Part shown: piece after piece, positions 60,416-64,000 of the stretch | Numbering within the stretch: position 1 is the stretch's first letter | Layout: the number at the start of each line of letters is the position of its first letter | Assembly: GCA_963771465.1 (NCBI GenBank) | Contig: CAVYTU010000009.1 | Span: 1 to 64,000, forward strand | Source: an uncultured delta proteobacterium | Lineage (GTDB): Bacteria > Desulfobacterota > Binatia > UBA9968 | DNA: 64,000 nucleotides | Direction: 5' to 3' | The notes under the pieces: generated by a model | Told to the model about the DNA's origin: nothing | What the model saw: the letters and a program-made list of their open reading frames with translations, nothing else | Database searches by the model: none | Translations under genes and position numbers: made by a program

Positions 60416-61629
60416 GTCGGTCTCCCTTCGATGAGCGATTCCATCAAACGATAAGCTTGCTTGGCCACTACGCCGGTTTTCGCCGCATCTTTTTCGTTAT
60501 ACCCAACGGCGCCGTTGTCGCGTGGCTCGGCTGGAGAATAGAGTACGAACGGCACCGGGTCCGAAACGTGGGTTTTGAGCGCGATGGCGGTTGGATGATC
60601 GGGCATCAAGAGAATGCGAAAATCCTTGCGGCCGGCCATCCCTTTCAACACCGTGCCGACAACTTTCTCGTCAAAATCCTCCAGCGCTTGTATCTTAGCT
60701 TTGACATCGCCCATGTGGCCGGCTTCGTCGGTGGCTTCGACGTGAATGAAGACCAAGTCGTTTTTCTCCAGCGAGCGCACACCGTACTCGCCCTTGCCAA
60801 TATAGTTGGTATCGAGAAACCCGGTAATGCCGGGAACATCGATGCGCTCCAGGCCGGCGTAAACACCCAGGCCGTGAATGATATCGACGGCGGAAATCAC
60901 TCCACCGGTGATACCGAAGCGTTTGGTCAACGGCGGCATTTGCGGCGCCCGACCTTGACCCCAGAGCCAGATCGTCGTTGCTTGGCGTTTACCGTCGGCC
61001 TGCCGCTGCTTATTTACGCGATGATTCGCCAGCAGCGGCTCAGACGCCGCCATCAAATGCAGCAAGCGATCGGCGCCTTCGCCTTTGGGGATATAGCCGG
61101 CGGTTTTTTGGTCGGTGATATCGTGCGGCGGCGTGGTTGCCATCTTTTCCTTGCCGTCACGCCAAACCATCAAATGGCGATAACTGACGCCCGGGAAAAA
61201 TTCGATACCGTCGCCGCCGAGTTGTTTTCCCAAGTCTTGAATAATCTCCGCCGCTTCCTCAGTCGTGATGTGACCCGACGTGAAGTCCTCCATGGTCGTC
61301 CCATCGCCGCTGCCACACAAGGTAACCAAATTGCAGCGAAAGGCGATGTCTTTGGGACCGAGCGCCACGCCCATGCTTGCGGCTTCGAGCGGTGAGCGGC
61401 CGGTGTGATAAAGCGCCGGATCGTAGCCCATGATGCTCATGTTGCCGACATCGCTGCCTGGCGGAAAACCCTCGGGGATGACATGGGCGATGCCGTACAC
61501 GCCGCGCTGCGCCAGCCAGTCCATGTTCGGTGTGCGCGCCGCTTCGAGCGGCGTCTTACCCCCGAGAATCTCGAGCGGATAATCAGCCATGCCATCGCCT
61601 TGAAGAATGATGTATTTCACTTGTGCCAA
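60400..61629 (-). CDS. apgM: Cofactor-independent phosphoglycerate mutase, archaeal type (ApgM family)
   Basis: GDGMAD, TPLEAA.TP..D, PGSD, GRSPLEA, PPHDI, DEAGH, PDH.T. Confidence 0.92.
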   Translation of the reverse strand: MAQVKYIILQGDGMADYPLEILGGKTPLEAARTPNMDWLAQRGVYGIAHVIPEGFPPGSDVGNMSIMGYDPALYHTGRSPLEAASMGVALGPKDIAFRCNLVTLCGSGDGTTMEDFTSGHITTEEAAEIIQDLGKQLGGDGIEFFPGVSYRHLMVWRDGKEKMATTPPHDITDQKTAGYIPKGEGADRLLHLMAASEPLLANHRVNKQRQADGKRQATTIWLWGQGRAPQMPPLTKRFGITGGVISAVDIIHGLGVYAGLERIDVPGITGFLDTNYIGKGEYGVRSLEKNDLVFIHVEATDEAGHMGDVKAKIQALEDFDEKVVGTVLKGMAGRKDFRILLMPDHPTAIALKTHVSDPVPFVLYSPAEPRDNGAVGYNEKDAAKTGVVAKQAYRLMESLIEGRPTWTEI

Positions 61630-61653
61630 CCGCCTTGAAAATTTGCTGTCCGG

Positions 61654-63048
61654 CTAATACGCGCCCCAGATCGGAAACCACACCGGATCGACTACGATAT
61701 AGTCTCGATTGCGTACGGAATCCAGAGCCTTGCGCATTTGCTTCAACGTCGCGCGCTCCAAAGTCATCACGAAGGGCAGGACTTGTTGCGCCTTCGGCTT
61801 GAACTTGTAGCTCTGCATCAAACTGCGCAGCTCGTCGTCGACGTGGCGCAACTGCCAAATCTCGGAAATATTCACACCGGAGCGGCCGAAGGCCTGGCCG
61901 ATATCGCCGACAATCCCGGCATGATCTTTCACCACGAAGCGGACGTAAAACGGCACGTCAATGTCATCTTCGGCTTGCAGCGTCAGCGTCCCCGGCGCAA
62001 TCAGACTCGGCGCGCCGCTAAACTTGCGCTCGCCGCGCGCCAGCTCGGAGACGTCGCCGAGCACCGCTACTGCCGTCGGCCCGCCGCCGGCGCCGGGACC
62101 GACCAAAACGTAGTCGCAGTCGCGCTCGCCGCGGCCGGCGCTGCTGCTTTTGCCGGCGAAACAGACAGCGTTCATCGCACCGTCGACACTGCCGAGGAAA
62201 CTTTCTGCGGCAACCAAAGCGGGCGAAACGAAAACTTGAACCGAGCGGCCTCTACGCCGCGCCACGGCCAGCTGTTTGATGGTGCTGTTACCGATGCGTT
62301 TAGCGTAGCGAAAGTCGACCGCCTGGATATCCTCGATGCCCTTGCGCCAAATCTTACCGGGTTGGATTTCGAGACCGAAGCCGACCAGACTGAGCAGCAG
62401 CAACTTGGCTTCGGCATCGCTGCCATTGACGTCGGCAGCCGGATTGGTTTCGGCGTAACCCTTCTGCTGCGCTTCTTTGAGCGCTTCGCCGTAGGGTTTA
62501 CCGCCCTTTTCCATTTGCGAAAGTATGTAATTGCAGGTGCCGTTGACGATGCCAAAAATCGCTTCCGGTTCTTCGACCGCGAAACTCTCGCTCAGCGATC
62601 GAATCACCGGGATGCCCCCGCCAACGCAGGCTTCGAAACGAAGCTGCTGCCCGGCTTTCTTGGCCGCCGCCCATATCTGTTTGCCATAACGAGCCAGTAC
62701 CGCTTTGTCGGAAGTGACCACCGATTTGCCATTGCGAAAAGCGCGTAAGATGTAATCGCGAAACTGTGGCAGCTGGGAGGCGGACTGAAAGCCCAACGCT
62801 TCAATGACGATGTCGACGCCGGGATGATCGAGCACGTCTTCGGCACGGTTGGTAAAAAGCGCCCGGTGTTTGCCGAACCATTTTTTACCGTCCGGGCTGC
62901 GCGTATAGATTTTGCGAATTTCTAGCTCGATCGCGTCACCGACTTGGCCCTTGAGATCGCGAAAAAGAATATCCTGGATCGCCTCGCCCACCACACCGGA
63001 GCCGAGCAGGCCGACGCCGACTTTACGCCGTTTGTTCGCTGTTGCCAT
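61654..63048 (-). CDS. hom: Homoserine dehydrogenase with C-terminal ACT domain
   Basis: G.G.VG, FEACVGGGIP, NGT.NYIL, AQ..GYAE..P..D..G.D, G.GAG..PTA. Confidence 0.93.
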   Translation of the reverse strand: MATANKRRKVGVGLLGSGVVGEAIQDILFRDLKGQVGDAIELEIRKIYTRSPDGKKWFGKHRALFTNRAEDVLDHPGVDIVIEALGFQSASQLPQFRDYILRAFRNGKSVVTSDKAVLARYGKQIWAAAKKAGQQLRFEACVGGGIPVIRSLSESFAVEEPEAIFGIVNGTCNYILSQMEKGGKPYGEALKEAQQKGYAETNPAADVNGSDAEAKLLLLSLVGFGLEIQPGKIWRKGIEDIQAVDFRYAKRIGNSTIKQLAVARRRGRSVQVFVSPALVAAESFLGSVDGAMNAVCFAGKSSSAGRGERDCDYVLVGPGAGGGPTAVAVLGDVSELARGERKFSGAPSLIAPGTLTLQAEDDIDVPFYVRFVVKDHAGIVGDIGQAFGRSGVNISEIWQLRHVDDELRSLMQSYKFKPKAQQVLPFVMTLERATLKQMRKALDSVRNRDYIVVDPVWFPIWGAY

Positions 63049-63086
63049 TGGGAAAAATGCTAGCCGCCGGGAAAATAGAATGGGGA

Positions 63087-64000
63087 CTAGTCGAGGAGTT
63101 TGCCGAGCGCCCGTTTGATTTTACGCACCGCCTGCTTGGTGCGATGCTCGTTTTCAATCAGCGCGAAACGGACATGCTCGTCGCCATACTGGCCGAAACC
63201 GATGCCCGGCGAGACGGCGACCTGAGCTTCCTGGAGCAAGTATTTGGCAAACTCCACGGAACCCATCTTCTTCGCCGGCTCGGGAATTTCCGCCCAGACA
63301 AACATCGTCCCCTTGGGTCTGGGAATATGCCAGCCGGCGCGGTCGAGACCGTCGAGCAAGGAATCGCGCCGTTTGCGATACATCGAACAAATCTCTTCGA
63401 CGCAGTCCTGCGGCCCGTTGAGCGCCTGAATCGCGGCGATCTGAATCGGCTGAAAAATACCATAGTCGAGATAGCTCTTGATGCGCGCCAAGGCGTGGAC
63501 AATCTCCTTGTTGCCGACGCAAAAACCGACGCGCCAGCCCGGCATGTTGTAACTCTTGGACAGCGAGAAAAATTCGACGCCGACATCCTTGGCGCCGGCA
63601 GCCTGCAGGAAACTCGGCGCCTGATAACCGTCAAAGGTCAGATCGGCATAAGCGAGATCATGCACGACGATGAATTCATGTTCCTTGGCGACTTTGACGA
63701 CGCGCTCGAAAAAATCGAGCTCGACGACTTGGGTGGTTGGATTGTGTGGAAAGCTGATGATCAACATTTTCGGCTTGGGCCAAGTCTGTCGAATCGCTTC
63801 TTCGAGACGGCCGAAGAACTCTTCACTGGTCGTAAGCGGAATGCAGCGCAAATCGCCGCCGGCGAGGACCACCGCATATTGATGGATCGGATAAGTCGGG
63901 CTCGGGCAAAGAATCACATCGCCGGGATCGATGGTCGCCCAGGCGAGATGGGATAACCCCTCTTTGGCACCGATGGTGACGATCGCCTCGCTGTCCGGAT
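63087..64000 (-). CDS. alaC: Class I PLP aminotransferase (AlaC/YfdZ), 5' part outside the window
   Basis: [51 protein letters not shown]. Confidence 0.9.
   Translation of the reverse strand, partial: PDSEAIVTIGAKEGLSHLAWATIDPGDVILCPSPTYPIHQYAVVLAGGDLRCIPLTTSEEFFGRLEEAIRQTWPKPKMLIISFPHNPTTQVVELDFFERVVKVAKEHEFIVVHDLAYADLTFDGYQAPSFLQAAGAKDVGVEFFSLSKSYNMPGWRVGFCVGNKEIVHALARIKSYLDYGIFQPIQIAAIQALNGPQDCVEEICSMYRKRRDSLLDGLDRAGWHIPRPKGTMFVWAEIPEPAKKMGSVEFAKYLLQEAQVAVSPGIGFGQYGDEHVRFALIENEHRTKQAVRKIKRALGKLLD

Noticed and set aside
60457-63956. Long plus-strand ORFs (60457-61395, 61738-62748, 63042-63956; also 30468-31727)
   Set aside because: Antisense shadows of well-supported genes in GC-rich coding DNA.

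Overview
The window joins two unrelated genomic backgrounds. Bases 1-~4405 are very GC-rich and actinobacterial-looking. They carry a Rieske/DUF2231 membrane protein, a penicillin acylase-family gene and an APH-family phosphotransferase, all frameshifted. An abrupt junction cuts the phosphotransferase at its 5' end. The remainder has moderate GC and its gene content resembles Candidatus Binatia/Deltaproteobacteria (inference). It contains: (i) a sigma54-driven exopolysaccharide operon (NusG/RfaH paralog, wza, wzc, four glycosyltransferases, wzy-like); (ii) an accessory region (~18.9-37.6 kb) built around a tRNA-Arg(CCT) gene that is also present as a displaced 3' half (18930-18971) and, unusually, a displaced 5' half (28819-28857). 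This region has integrase arm-type repeats, IHF-like sites, a tyrosine integrase remnant, terminase-like genes, HEPN-like cargo, an inverted duplicated ORF bounded by a 21-bp repeat, and iteron-like repeats; (iii) a core backbone (moeB, rluB, scpB, scpA, trpS, maf, dus, glpX, apgM, hom, alaC) interspersed with catabolic and transport genes and copies of an unannotated, internally duplicated protein family. Many frameshifts look like long-read assembly indels. No CRISPR array or rRNA was seen. All calls are by eye; no database searches were run.
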